Shown here: piece after piece, positions 1 through 8,743 of the stretch
How positions within the stretch are numbered: the stretch's first letter is position 1
Layout: each line of letters begins with the position of its first letter
Assembly: GCA_012799825.1 (NCBI GenBank)
Contig: JAAZKK010000082.1
Coordinates: 1-58,620 of the forward strand
DNA length: 58,620 bases
From: Clostridiaceae bacterium
Lineage (GTDB): Bacteria > Bacillota > Clostridia > Saccharofermentanales > DTU023
Reading direction: 5' to 3'
Notes under the pieces: model-generated
The model's input: only the letters and a program-made list of their open reading frames with translations
Database searches by the model: none
What the model was told of the DNA's origin: nothing
Made by a program: the position numbers and the translations under genes

Positions 1-321
1 GAATCGGCTCTGAAAGGGCTGGAGCGTTTTGGCTTGGCCGAGTACGCCCAAGTTCCGTTCAGTGAATTATCCGGCGGACTGCAGCAACGGGTCATGATTG
101 CCCGCGCCATGCTGGACAAACCCAGGATGTTGATTTTGGACGAGCCGACGGCCGGAGTAGATGAAGAAAGTAAACGAAGCTTTTTAAAACTATTGAACGA
201 TTTAAAAGACAAAGAAAAATTAACCTATATTTTAGTAACTCACGAAAAGGAGTTAGTGTACGAAATACTCGATATGGATTATCGGGCGGAAATACGTAAC
301 GGGAGATTGGAGTATGTTTGA
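1..321 (+). CDS. metal (Zn/Mn-type) ABC transporter ATP-binding protein, 5' end cut by window edge
   Basis: Frame 1 is open from base 1. ABC signature LSGGLQQR and Walker B LILDEPTAGVD are present. It overlaps the downstream ABC-3 permease gene by 8 nt. Confidence 0.8.
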   Translation, partial: ESALKGLERFGLAEYAQVPFSELSGGLQQRVMIARAMLDKPRMLILDEPTAGVDEESKRSFLKLLNDLKDKEKLTYILVTHEKELVYEILDMDYRAEIRNGRLEYV

Positions 322-1153
322 GTTTGCTTTTATGCGCCGAACCTTGCTGGTCGGATTGATGTTAGGCGTGACCATTCCACAAATAGGAATTATCGTGGTA
401 AATCGCAAGACTTCGATGATGGGTGACGCTCTGTCACATACCTCATTGGCAGGAGTAGCTTTAGGTCTGATTTTCGGCTTTAATCCCAGCTTGGGAGCTA
501 TAATGGTCTGTTTGATTTCGGCCTTTGCTATTGAGGCTATGCGCTATCGTCTTCCGCAGTACGGCGATATGGCGACAGCTGTAGTCATGAGTATAGGACT
601 CGGGGCTGCCTCCATACTGTCAGATTTTACGCCGGGAGGTAACACGTTGGAGTCGTATTTGTTTGGAAGCATTTCATCCGCGACTCCTCATGACGTCACC
701 GCTTCGATCGCCTTGTTTGTCGTCGTTTCGTTCGTCACTCTCTTCTTCTATAGCGGTCTGTTAAATATTTCCATAGATCCTAATCTGGCTCGCTTGGATG
801 GTGTGCCGGTTCATGGCATTAACGGTATTTTTACTGCTCTTACGGCTATAACGGTGGCTCTTAGCGCTAAAATGGTTGGTGCCCTTTTGGTTTCATCTTT
901 GCTGGTTATTCCGGTTGCCTGCTCTTTGTTCTTAGCCCGTTCTTATAAGCAGATGTATTTCATTTCATTGAGCTTAGGACTTCTTTTCATGATGTCGGGT
1001 CTGACCCTTTCCTGGTACTTCGAGATCAAACCAGGCGGTGCCATTATCCTCATTGCCACCATTGGCCTATTGCTCAGCGCGTTGTACGCAAGAAGAAGAA
1101 AAATCAGACGAGAAACCGTTCTTCAGGTAAAAGTAGAAGCCGTCCGTGAATAG
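314..1153 (+). CDS. metal ABC transporter permease (ABC-3 / ZnuB-MntB type)
   Basis: 279-aa polytopic hydrophobic protein. It is translationally coupled to the upstream metal-type ATPase. The sequence pattern is typical of ABC-3 (GDALSHTSLAGVALG). Confidence 0.8.
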   Translation: MFEFAFMRRTLLVGLMLGVTIPQIGIIVVNRKTSMMGDALSHTSLAGVALGLIFGFNPSLGAIMVCLISAFAIEAMRYRLPQYGDMATAVVMSIGLGAASILSDFTPGGNTLESYLFGSISSATPHDVTASIALFVVVSFVTLFFYSGLLNISIDPNLARLDGVPVHGINGIFTALTAITVALSAKMVGALLVSSLLVIPVACSLFLARSYKQMYFISLSLGLLFMMSGLTLSWYFEIKPGGAIILIATIGLLLSALYARRRKIRRETVLQVKVEAVRE

Positions 1154-1217
1154 TGGAAAGTGGGATGTCTCTTTTGAAACACCCCCCCTACTTTATTTAG
1201 GTAAAAAGGCTCGCGAA

Positions 1218-2189
1218 CTAAACTTCACCGTATTTTCGCATCAGGGTAAAAAGGCGCTCCCTAAACGCTTCCCGATCAATATCAAGGACGACGCGATGCT
1301 CGCGATAAGGCATTTTCTTGTCTGAATCGAGATCGGTAACCGTTTTGCCGACAGTTATTGATCCGCGCGTTTCCACACGTATACCCGCTTTTCTTGCTGT
1401 AAACATCGCTTCATCTTCCGCGAAGAAAAGCGCGGCCGGGTCATGGAGACAGATACCGGGAAGGCCTTTTGATAGCTCATATTTTAGTGCGTTCTGCTGA
1501 CTTTGGTAGCTAAAGATCGCTTGCGGCGTGCCGAGTTTGACAAGCTCATTAAGCTCATCTCCGGTGAGATACGCTTTCAACGTGACGTCAAGACCGCACA
1601 TGACAACGGGAACGCCGCTGTTAAACACGATATCGGCGGCTTCCGGATCGGTGACCACATTAAATTCAGTGCATGGCGTCGTGTTGCCGCCCACCGCGGC
1701 ACCGCCCATAATAACAATTTTAGCAAGACGCTTCGGCAACTCCCTGTACTTGATGAACGCCTTCGCTACATTAGTCAAAGGTCCCACCGCGACAAGAACA
1801 AGATCCTCATGCTCCATCGCCGCGTTATAAAGCGCGTCCCATGCGGTCTCGGGTTCTTCTTTTCGAGGCGAGGGGGCAAGCTCCACGCCGCCTAATCCGT
1901 TAAGACCATGCACATGAGGCGCCGAGACGAGAGGGCGCGCCAACGGCTTATCGGCGCCTTTGTAGACTGGGACATCTGTCCTACCCGCCAACGCGAGTAC
2001 GTTGAGCGTATTCGGCAGTGTTTTATCCAGCGCGACATTACCTGCCACCGCGGCTACGCCAATTAAATCGAAACTTTTCATTTTGGCAGCACAAAGAAGA
2101 GCCATCGCGTCATCGACACCCGTATCGCAATCGATGAAGAGCGGTACTCGTTTCATTTCGACATCCGATTTCATTTCTTTTTCAGTCAT
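1218..2189 (-). CDS. nucleoside hydrolase (IUNH family)
   Basis: N-terminal DCDTGVDDAMAL motif (DxDxxxDD) plus conserved GPLTN and HDP motifs. The ORF is open to 2240 (TTG), but the ATG at 2189 has a GGGTGA Shine-Dalgarno sequence 5 nt upstream, so that start is preferred. Confidence 0.8.
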   Translation of the reverse strand: MTEKEMKSDVEMKRVPLFIDCDTGVDDAMALLCAAKMKSFDLIGVAAVAGNVALDKTLPNTLNVLALAGRTDVPVYKGADKPLARPLVSAPHVHGLNGLGGVELAPSPRKEEPETAWDALYNAAMEHEDLVLVAVGPLTNVAKAFIKYRELPKRLAKIVIMGGAAVGGNTTPCTEFNVVTDPEAADIVFNSGVPVVMCGLDVTLKAYLTGDELNELVKLGTPQAIFSYQSQQNALKYELSKGLPGICLHDPAALFFAEDEAMFTARKAGIRVETRGSITVGKTVTDLDSDKKMPYREHRVVLDIDREAFRERLFTLMRKYGEV

Positions 2190-2236
2190 GTCATTCACCC
2201 AGATTTCCCTTATGTTTTCACCTTCGCAACAAAGAT

Positions 2237-3211
2237 TCAACCATAGTAAGCGACCGCGTCAACGAGCAAATCAACGAAGGCGTCGCGATTAATATCCATA
2301 AGACAATACGCGTTAGCCGGTTTCCCAGACACTCTGTTAAGATCTCCTACCGTGGCCCCGCGACAGAATTCGCCCGTTGTCTCTATCTGTACGTAGAGGT
2401 CTCTTCCCGAAAGGATATCCGGACGCAAAAGTGCCGTCACAGCTACGGCGTCGTGTACCGGCGCCCCGGGGTATCCAAGAGATTGATGAAAATGGTAGAA
2501 AAACTCGAGCCATCCGGCGACGACGGATGCGACTTGATTGCCGACACAGCGAATCCTTTCGAAGTCCTCGGGGTAAACGAGCGCGCGTTCCGTGACGTCG
2601 AGGCTGGCCATTGTGATGGGAATGCCCGATTCAAAGACGATCTTCGCCGCATCAGGATCAACGAGTATGTTAAACTCAGCGGCAGGCGTCCAGTTACCGC
2701 GAGCGATTCCCCCGCCCATGAGTGAAATATGTCTGATTTTAGACTTAAGTTCGGGATAGAGCAACAGCAGCGAGGCCACATTGGTCAACGGACCTGTCGG
2801 AACAATGACGACCGGCTCTTCGCTTTCTTCCAAACACTTCGCCATCAGCTCGGCTGCGGAGCATGCGACAGGCTGGCAGGCAGGTTCCGGCAATTCCGGT
2901 CCGTCTAGCCCCGTCTTCCCATGTACAGTGTCGGCGATGATAGGATCTCTAAAGAGCGGTTTCGCAAGACCCATCGCAAGCGGCACATCCATACCCAGAA
3001 GTGCCATGATGCGCCCCGCGTTATAGGTCGTTTTTTCTATCGTCTGGTTGCCGCAAACGGACGTTACACATAGAATACGAAATTCTGGGCGCGATCGCAC
3101 TAAGACCCAGGCGATCGCGTCATCGTGTCCCGGATCCCCATCCAGAATGATTGGGAGCGGATGCTCTGTCGATGCATGAAATGTCTGAATGTTGCTCTTT
3201 CTTACGATCAC
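2237..3211 (-). CDS. nucleoside hydrolase (IUNH family), second paralogue
   Basis: DGDPGHDDAIAW, TGPLTN and VHDAVAV motifs. GTG start preceded by GGAGAG at 6 nt. Confidence 0.85.
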   Translation of the reverse strand: MIVRKSNIQTFHASTEHPLPIILDGDPGHDDAIAWVLVRSRPEFRILCVTSVCGNQTIEKTTYNAGRIMALLGMDVPLAMGLAKPLFRDPIIADTVHGKTGLDGPELPEPACQPVACSAAELMAKCLEESEEPVVIVPTGPLTNVASLLLLYPELKSKIRHISLMGGGIARGNWTPAAEFNILVDPDAAKIVFESGIPITMASLDVTERALVYPEDFERIRCVGNQVASVVAGWLEFFYHFHQSLGYPGAPVHDAVAVTALLRPDILSGRDLYVQIETTGEFCRGATVGDLNRVSGKPANAYCLMDINRDAFVDLLVDAVAYYG

Positions 3212-3235
3212 GTGGAACTCTCCGTTCTTATCGAA

Positions 3236-4198
3236 TTAAATGCCCGTCAGGCGTCTTATACCGCGTTTTCTGAGCTTGCGTGTCCTATTCCATGCGTAGA
3301 TAAAGAGACCCAATATAGTGACCGCATAGGGAATCATAGAGACAAGGAAACTCGAGACATTCGGCAAACCGGCGACCTTCGTGCTCAAACCGTGCGCTGT
3401 GCCAAAAAGAAGCGATGTGAGCATGGCTCCCACCGGCTCACCGCGGCCCATGGCTTGAGCCGCAAGGGCGATAAAGCCTCGTCCTGCAACCATACCTTGG
3501 TTCCACCCCTGAGAGTAATACATCGACATAAAAGCACCGCCCAAGCCGGCCAAAGCGCCCGACATAGCAATGGCAATATACTTGACGCGTTTTACACTGA
3601 CGCCGACACTGGACGCCGCTTCAGGACTTTCACCGACAGCGCGTATATTAAGACCGAGGGGCGTTCTATAAAGAAACAGCCATATCAGCCAAACCAACAA
3701 GAAAGCGACGTACGTCAAGATGCAGTGACCTGACAGAATCTCGCCGAGAAATGGTATATCTTTGATCAACGGAATCTCGATGGTGGGAATTAGAATATTG
3801 GGAGAAACAAGTTTCGCCGTATTGCCACGAAGCCCCGTGAACATATAAAGCAAGAATATTGCCCCGCCCTCGCCGAGCATATTGACAGCAATACCGGCCA
3901 ATATAATATCTGTCTTAAATTCGAGATAGAAGAATCCCATCATCAGAGCCAAAAGCGTACCGACGAGCACGGCGCCTAAAACACCTAAAAGCCAACTCTG
4001 CGTCCAATAAGCGAAAAGGAATCCGAAGAGTGCCGAAAGCATCATCGTACCCTCGAGACCGATGTTCGACATCGCCGCCTTCTCGGCGACAACGGCAGCG
4101 AGCGCAGCAAAAAGAATCGGCGCTGTAATACGGAAGATCATAACGAGAAAATCGATCTGAAAAACCCACTCTGCTAGTTGTTCAAGCATGTTACTCAC
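3236..4198 (-). CDS. ABC transporter permease (BMP/nucleoside-type, YufQ/NupQ-like)
   Basis: 320-aa polytopic membrane protein in an operon with a BMP lipoprotein and a double-ATPase. It overlaps the upstream permease by 8 nt. Confidence 0.85.
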   Translation of the reverse strand: MSNMLEQLAEWVFQIDFLVMIFRITAPILFAALAAVVAEKAAMSNIGLEGTMMLSALFGFLFAYWTQSWLLGVLGAVLVGTLLALMMGFFYLEFKTDIILAGIAVNMLGEGGAIFLLYMFTGLRGNTAKLVSPNILIPTIEIPLIKDIPFLGEILSGHCILTYVAFLLVWLIWLFLYRTPLGLNIRAVGESPEAASSVGVSVKRVKYIAIAMSGALAGLGGAFMSMYYSQGWNQGMVAGRGFIALAAQAMGRGEPVGAMLTSLLFGTAHGLSTKVAGLPNVSSFLVSMIPYAVTILGLFIYAWNRTRKLRKRGIRRLTGI

Positions 4199-5315
4199 CT
4201 CCGTTTTCGATATCGGCGTTGCCTTGCTTTAGCAGTTCCTCCCTTGTCGTCTTGACAACAATCTTCTGACGATAACCAGATAGGAATTGTTCCGCGGCGA
4301 AGAACAGGAAAATGGCCGCCTGAATAATATCGATCATCTCACTGGGCACGTGCGTTTTTGTAGACATGAGCATACATCCCTTATTGAGGTACGCGAGAAA
4401 GAAGGCAGCCAGCGGTACTGCACCCGGATTGTTTCTCGCCAAGATCGCGATCGTTATCCCCGTCCAGCCATACCCGGGAAGACTCAACCAGAGGAACTGA
4501 TTATAGCGCCCCAACACTTCAAGACTGCCGCCCATGCCGGAGAGCATCCCGCCGATCATCTGCGAAACGATAATCATACCGGCGACATTCATGCCTGAGT
4601 AGAGCGCGAAAGACTCATTGATGCCGATCATGCGAATGCTATAGCCCCAACGCGTCCGATACATGAAGAACCACATGATGACAGTCAAGATAAGTGCCGC
4701 AATGAAACCCCATGACAATTTGCTCGTACCTGGCACGATTTGAAACACGCGCGCCGACTCGCGGAAATCATGAGTCATTGTTGCGCCACGTGAACGGTTG
4801 GCAAAATGAAAATTAAGGAAGTGCATCGACACATAGAGCATGACGTAGTTCAACATCAGGCTCGTAACCATTTCGCTTGCGCCAAGTATAACTTTGGCCA
4901 GAGCCGGAATTAACATGATGACAGCGCAGACGACACCGGCGACCAGCGTCGCCACGAGAGGATGTATAAACGGCGGAAGATCCCAATAAACGCCAATGAG
5001 ACCACCCACAAATGCGCCCACATAGACGCATCCTTCTCCTGCCAAGTTAAACTGGTTGGCGGAAAACATGACACAGACAGCAAGACCTGTGAAAATTGTT
5101 GGTATCATCGCCGCGAGCACTTCCAACATATTGCGCATGTTAAATGAAACCGCGCCGTTCTTTACGGACACGAGCGGTCCGATCAAGAGGTATCGCAGTG
5201 ATTCCAAAGGTGATTCGGACGTCAAAAATACGAAAATCGCAGCGACGAACAGCGCAAAGAATATGGCAACGGCGCCGCGCAAGATATTAAATTGGGTCAT
5301 TCTACGGTCAAGCAT
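4191..5315 (-). CDS. ABC transporter permease (BMP/nucleoside-type, YufP/NupP-like)
   Basis: 374-aa polytopic membrane protein. It overlaps the ATPase gene by 8 nt. Confidence 0.85.
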   Translation of the reverse strand: MLDRRMTQFNILRGAVAIFFALFVAAIFVFLTSESPLESLRYLLIGPLVSVKNGAVSFNMRNMLEVLAAMIPTIFTGLAVCVMFSANQFNLAGEGCVYVGAFVGGLIGVYWDLPPFIHPLVATLVAGVVCAVIMLIPALAKVILGASEMVTSLMLNYVMLYVSMHFLNFHFANRSRGATMTHDFRESARVFQIVPGTSKLSWGFIAALILTVIMWFFMYRTRWGYSIRMIGINESFALYSGMNVAGMIIVSQMIGGMLSGMGGSLEVLGRYNQFLWLSLPGYGWTGITIAILARNNPGAVPLAAFFLAYLNKGCMLMSTKTHVPSEMIDIIQAAIFLFFAAEQFLSGYRQKIVVKTTREELLKQGNADIENGGE

Positions 5316-6864
5316 GGCAGGCCCTCTTCACTTCTTCATCGCTTTGCTTCTTAAGACCAAGCATATATTCGCCCATCATCACATCATCCCACTGTCCGTC
5401 ATCGAAATATCCGACGATTTTGCCGCCGTAGAGCACAATTAAGCTATCGGAAAGCTCCATTACCTCGTTGAGATCGGCTGAAACGAGTAGGACAGCAGCG
5501 CCTTGACGGGAAAGATCGATTAGTTTCTTTCTTATGAGCTCGGTAGCTCCGACATCGATACCGCGCGTCGGTTGATCGGCAATGATAAGAAGCGGATCGG
5601 CAGAGAATTCGCGCGCGACAACGACTTTCTGAATGTTGCCGCCTGAAAGCATATTCACATGCTGGCGACCCGATTTGCAAAGGACGGCATAATCTTCGAT
5701 TAGATTTTGACTCGTTTCACGAATCGCTTTCATGTTGAGAAGCGGTCCTTTATTAAACGCAGGCGACGAAATCCGATCGGATACGATATTTTCATTGATA
5801 CTTGCTGACCCTGCAATGCCGAACGTCATTCGATCTTCAGGAACGTAGGAAATACCCATATCGCGCAATTCACGCTGCGACTTATCAGCAATATTCACAC
5901 CGTTGACATGAACGGAACCCTCTTCTGGGGCAATGAGCCCGAAGAGAATATCCACCAGTTCTCTCTGACCATTGCCTTCGACGCCGGCAATTCCTACTAT
6001 TTCACCTTTTCTCACGTCGAACGATATGCCGTTCAACATGCGTTTATTCCATTCATTGACAAACTGCAGGTTCTCGACGAGCAGAACGACTTCTCCCGGT
6101 TCAGCCGGTGTCTTTTGCACCTCTAGAACGACATCGCGACCGACCATCAGACGCGATATCTCCTGTTCTGAAATGGAATCGGTGTAATACGTGCCGACGG
6201 CTCTGCCGTGCCGCATAATCGTTACGCGGTCAGTCAATTCTTTAATTTCGTTCAATTTATGGGATATAAAGATAATGGTAAAGCCTTGACTTTTCAGTTC
6301 ATGCAACTGCCTGAACAATTCTTCCGTCTCCTGTGTGGTCAGCACAGCTGTCGGCTCATCCAAGATTAAAACCTTCGCGCCACGCACCAAGGCTTTTAGA
6401 ATTTCGACTTTTTGTTTCATACCGACTGAGATATCCGCTACACGAGCATTAGGTTCCACGTCAAAATGAAAGCGTTCTGCGTATTCCTCAGTCAGACGAA
6501 CCGCTTCCTTAAAATCAATAAAAATGCCGGACTTCCTAGGCGCCATTCCGAGCACCACATTCTCAGCGACAGTGAGACTCGGCACCAGCATAAAGTGCTG
6601 ATGGACCATCCCGATACCATTTGAAATCGCTGCCATCGGCGACGAAAACATTACTGCCTCGCCGTCAATCAAAATTGCACCGCTTGTCGGCTTTTCAAGT
6701 CCGAAAAGGATCTTCATCAGTGTCGATTTACCGGCGCCATTCTCACCGACCAGCGCGTGAATTTCGCCCTTATTGACGGAAAAATCGACGTCCCGATTGG
6801 CCGCGATGCCATTGGGGTAAACCTTAGAGATCCCTAGCATTTGTACAACAGGCGTATCTGCCAT
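5308..6864 (-). CDS. ABC transporter ATP-binding protein with two fused ATPase domains (nucleoside/simple-sugar type)
   Basis: Walker A GENGAGKST, signature LSGGNIQK, and Walker B LILDEPT and IIADQPTRGIDV in two halves of a 518-aa protein. Confidence 0.9.
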   Translation of the reverse strand: MADTPVVQMLGISKVYPNGIAANRDVDFSVNKGEIHALVGENGAGKSTLMKILFGLEKPTSGAILIDGEAVMFSSPMAAISNGIGMVHQHFMLVPSLTVAENVVLGMAPRKSGIFIDFKEAVRLTEEYAERFHFDVEPNARVADISVGMKQKVEILKALVRGAKVLILDEPTAVLTTQETEELFRQLHELKSQGFTIIFISHKLNEIKELTDRVTIMRHGRAVGTYYTDSISEQEISRLMVGRDVVLEVQKTPAEPGEVVLLVENLQFVNEWNKRMLNGISFDVRKGEIVGIAGVEGNGQRELVDILFGLIAPEEGSVHVNGVNIADKSQRELRDMGISYVPEDRMTFGIAGSASINENIVSDRISSPAFNKGPLLNMKAIRETSQNLIEDYAVLCKSGRQHVNMLSGGNIQKVVVAREFSADPLLIIADQPTRGIDVGATELIRKKLIDLSRQGAAVLLVSADLNEVMELSDSLIVLYGGKIVGYFDDGQWDDVMMGEYMLGLKKQSDEEVKRACHA

Positions 6865-6993
6865 CTTCGGTCTCCTCTTGGTCTTGATCCGCCCATCTGC
6901 AAGTCATTTTATCGCTTTCGATTAAGGAAGATCGCTGCGGATCGTTATTCACATCAGGTGATCGATCATATTGAAAATCACACATATATAGGA

Positions 6994-7019
6994 GAGGGGA
7001 TCCTTTGAGGGATCCCCTC
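6994..7019 (-). terminator. GC-rich intra-operon hairpin (partial terminator or stabiliser) after the binding-protein gene
   Basis: Arms AGGGGATCC (6995-7003) and GGATCCCCT (7010-7018) are perfect complements with a 6-nt loop. On the minus strand the hairpin is followed by a TATATAT-rich tract. It lies between the stop at 7063 and the next start at 6864. Confidence 0.45.
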
Positions 7020-7062
7020 CCATGTTATGTCTCCTAAATGGAGTCGTTGTCTCAAAATCAGC

Positions 7063-8238
7063 TTACGGCTTCATTTGCTCGCGAAGCGCAATTGCGCCAT
7101 CGTTGTCGGTGATCGCCGAGGGCACTTTGACTTCGCCGTTGCGAACCGCTTCTGCAGCGGCCAAAACTTTGTCTTGGACATCCTGAGGCGTATACTTCTT
7201 GAAGTTCTTGTCGCTTACAAAACCGACACCGTTTTCAAGTAGACCGAGGTTTACTTCTTTCCCCCAGTGGGTGCGGCCTGAATCCCATTCGTCGATCAGC
7301 CAGATCAGAGAGTCACCGACGTTTTTGAGACCCGATGTCAGCGTTATGGCCGCTTGGTTTTCAGGAAGTGTCAGCTCTTGGTCTGAGTCGACACCGAAGA
7401 ACCAAGCTTTGCCTGATTCAAGCGCCGCTTCTGCGCCGCCGTTGCCGGAAAGACCCGCAACACCCCAGATGATGTCACACTTATTGTCATTGATCATACT
7501 GAGTGCCATTTCTTTGGCCGTAGCGGTATCGGCATAGCTGTTGACGTAGCGCGCGTCGACACGAACCTCGGGATCGGTGTCTTTGACGCCGGTCAGGAAG
7601 CCGTAGAGGAAGTCATTGATGACGGGACTATCCATGCCGCCAATGAATCCGACCGTCTTTTCAGGATTGATTTTATCCATGCCTTCCACGGTCGTCAAAG
7701 CCGCCGCGTAAACGCCCAAGATGTAACCCATGTCATTTTGACGATAGCTGATGTTGACGACGTTGGCGTTCTCGCCCACGTAGGTGGTGTCATCGTAAAT
7801 CGCAAACTTTTGGTCAGGATAAGCGGTTGCAGTGTCTTTGAGGTAATCAGGCATCTGATACGTACCGCAGACGACAAGATCGTATTCACCGCTTTCTGCA
7901 ACTTCGTTTAATGTCTCTTGCCATCTCGGATGATCGGATTCGGCTGCGCCCATTTCCTCATATTTGAGTTCAATGCGGCCATCGGCTGCCAACTTCTCAA
8001 GTCCTGCTTGAGCAGAGTCAAAGAAGGACTTATCGCCGAGGTTTCCGTTGATCAGGTGAATGACTTTATATACCTTCTTCCCCGGGTCTTCCGATCCTGC
8101 CGGATCTTCGGAACCTTCGGGAGTCGAAGCTTCAGTCTTCTTACTCTCAGGCACTTCCGGATCCGGAGTTGACGGAGCACAGGCGACAACTGACATCACC
8201 ATCAACAACGCAATCAGTAATGCAAATACTTTTTTCAT
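7063..8238 (-). CDS. BMP-family ABC substrate-binding lipoprotein (nucleoside-binding, Med/PnrA/NupN-like)
   Basis: Lipoprotein signal MKKVFALLIALLMVMSVVAC, a low-complexity linker, then a BMP-like body. It is the first gene of the transporter operon. Confidence 0.85.
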   Translation of the reverse strand: MKKVFALLIALLMVMSVVACAPSTPDPEVPESKKTEASTPEGSEDPAGSEDPGKKVYKVIHLINGNLGDKSFFDSAQAGLEKLAADGRIELKYEEMGAAESDHPRWQETLNEVAESGEYDLVVCGTYQMPDYLKDTATAYPDQKFAIYDDTTYVGENANVVNISYRQNDMGYILGVYAAALTTVEGMDKINPEKTVGFIGGMDSPVINDFLYGFLTGVKDTDPEVRVDARYVNSYADTATAKEMALSMINDNKCDIIWGVAGLSGNGGAEAALESGKAWFFGVDSDQELTLPENQAAITLTSGLKNVGDSLIWLIDEWDSGRTHWGKEVNLGLLENGVGFVSDKNFKKYTPQDVQDKVLAAAEAVRNGEVKVPSAITDNDGAIALREQMKP

Positions 8239-8357
8239 ATTTTCTTCTCCTTGTTCTTTTGATGTGTCACAATTTGCTCATATCACCAAATCCTTTGATC
8301 GTAATAAAACATCAGGGAATGGCCCGATTTATGAACAAAATGACCAATCGCAGAGAT

Positions 8358-8386
8358 ATTATACACATATTTCACCACATAATCAA
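8358..8386 (-). promoter_or_regulatory. putative sigma-A promoter of the nucleoside operon
   Basis: On the minus strand: TTGATT, 17 nt, TATAAT. It lies about 120 nt upstream of the BMP lipoprotein start. Confidence 0.45.
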
Positions 8387-8538
8387 CGAAAACAGGGCTC
8401 CTGTGAGCGTAGTACCCGCTCAGTCCACTTAAGCCCAATCACTCAACTCGATCTCTCAGTCACTCAGTTATAAGCCGGTCACTCACCATCGATCAATTAG
8501 GTGCTCAGCTGATCAAGCTATGTGTAAAGATGCGAGTA

Positions 8539-8607
8539 TTTGAGGAAAAAGTGTGTATAATCAGGCTAATGAGAAAGAGCAGAGAGTATAAGAGCTATTT
8601 CTCGAGT
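8539..8607 (+). promoter_or_regulatory. second copy of the CRISPR leader segment (contains TATAAT at 8556-8561)
   Basis: 63 of 69 positions are identical, counted by eye with no gaps, to 14406-14474 immediately upstream of the array. Confidence 0.7.
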
Positions 8608-8636
8608 CTTTAACCTTACCTATGAGGAATTGATAA
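8608..8636 (+). repeat. solitary CRISPR repeat unit (no spacer array attached)
   Basis: CTTTAACCTTACCTATGAGGAATTGATAA matches the array repeat consensus at 28 of 29 positions. Only the last base differs. Confidence 0.85.
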
Positions 8637-8743
8637 ACCTATGATTTGAATGTATTATCTCTTGAGTATCAGAGCAATTGAAGCCTGCCGACATTGCCTC
8701 AACATAACTCCAACGAATCAGGGCATATGAGGAGCATGAAGAA

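Noticed and set aside
8239-8357. Purine or nucleoside riboswitch in the ~120-nt 5' UTR of the nucleoside operon
   Set aside because: I compared it by eye to the purine riboswitch core (the conserved junction and loop sequences) and found no match. A covariance-model scan would be needed to exclude other classes.
8440-8500. Three spaced CACTCA hexamers upstream of the first leader copy
   Set aside because: The motif is short and low in information, the spacing is irregular, and there is no counterpart near the second leader.
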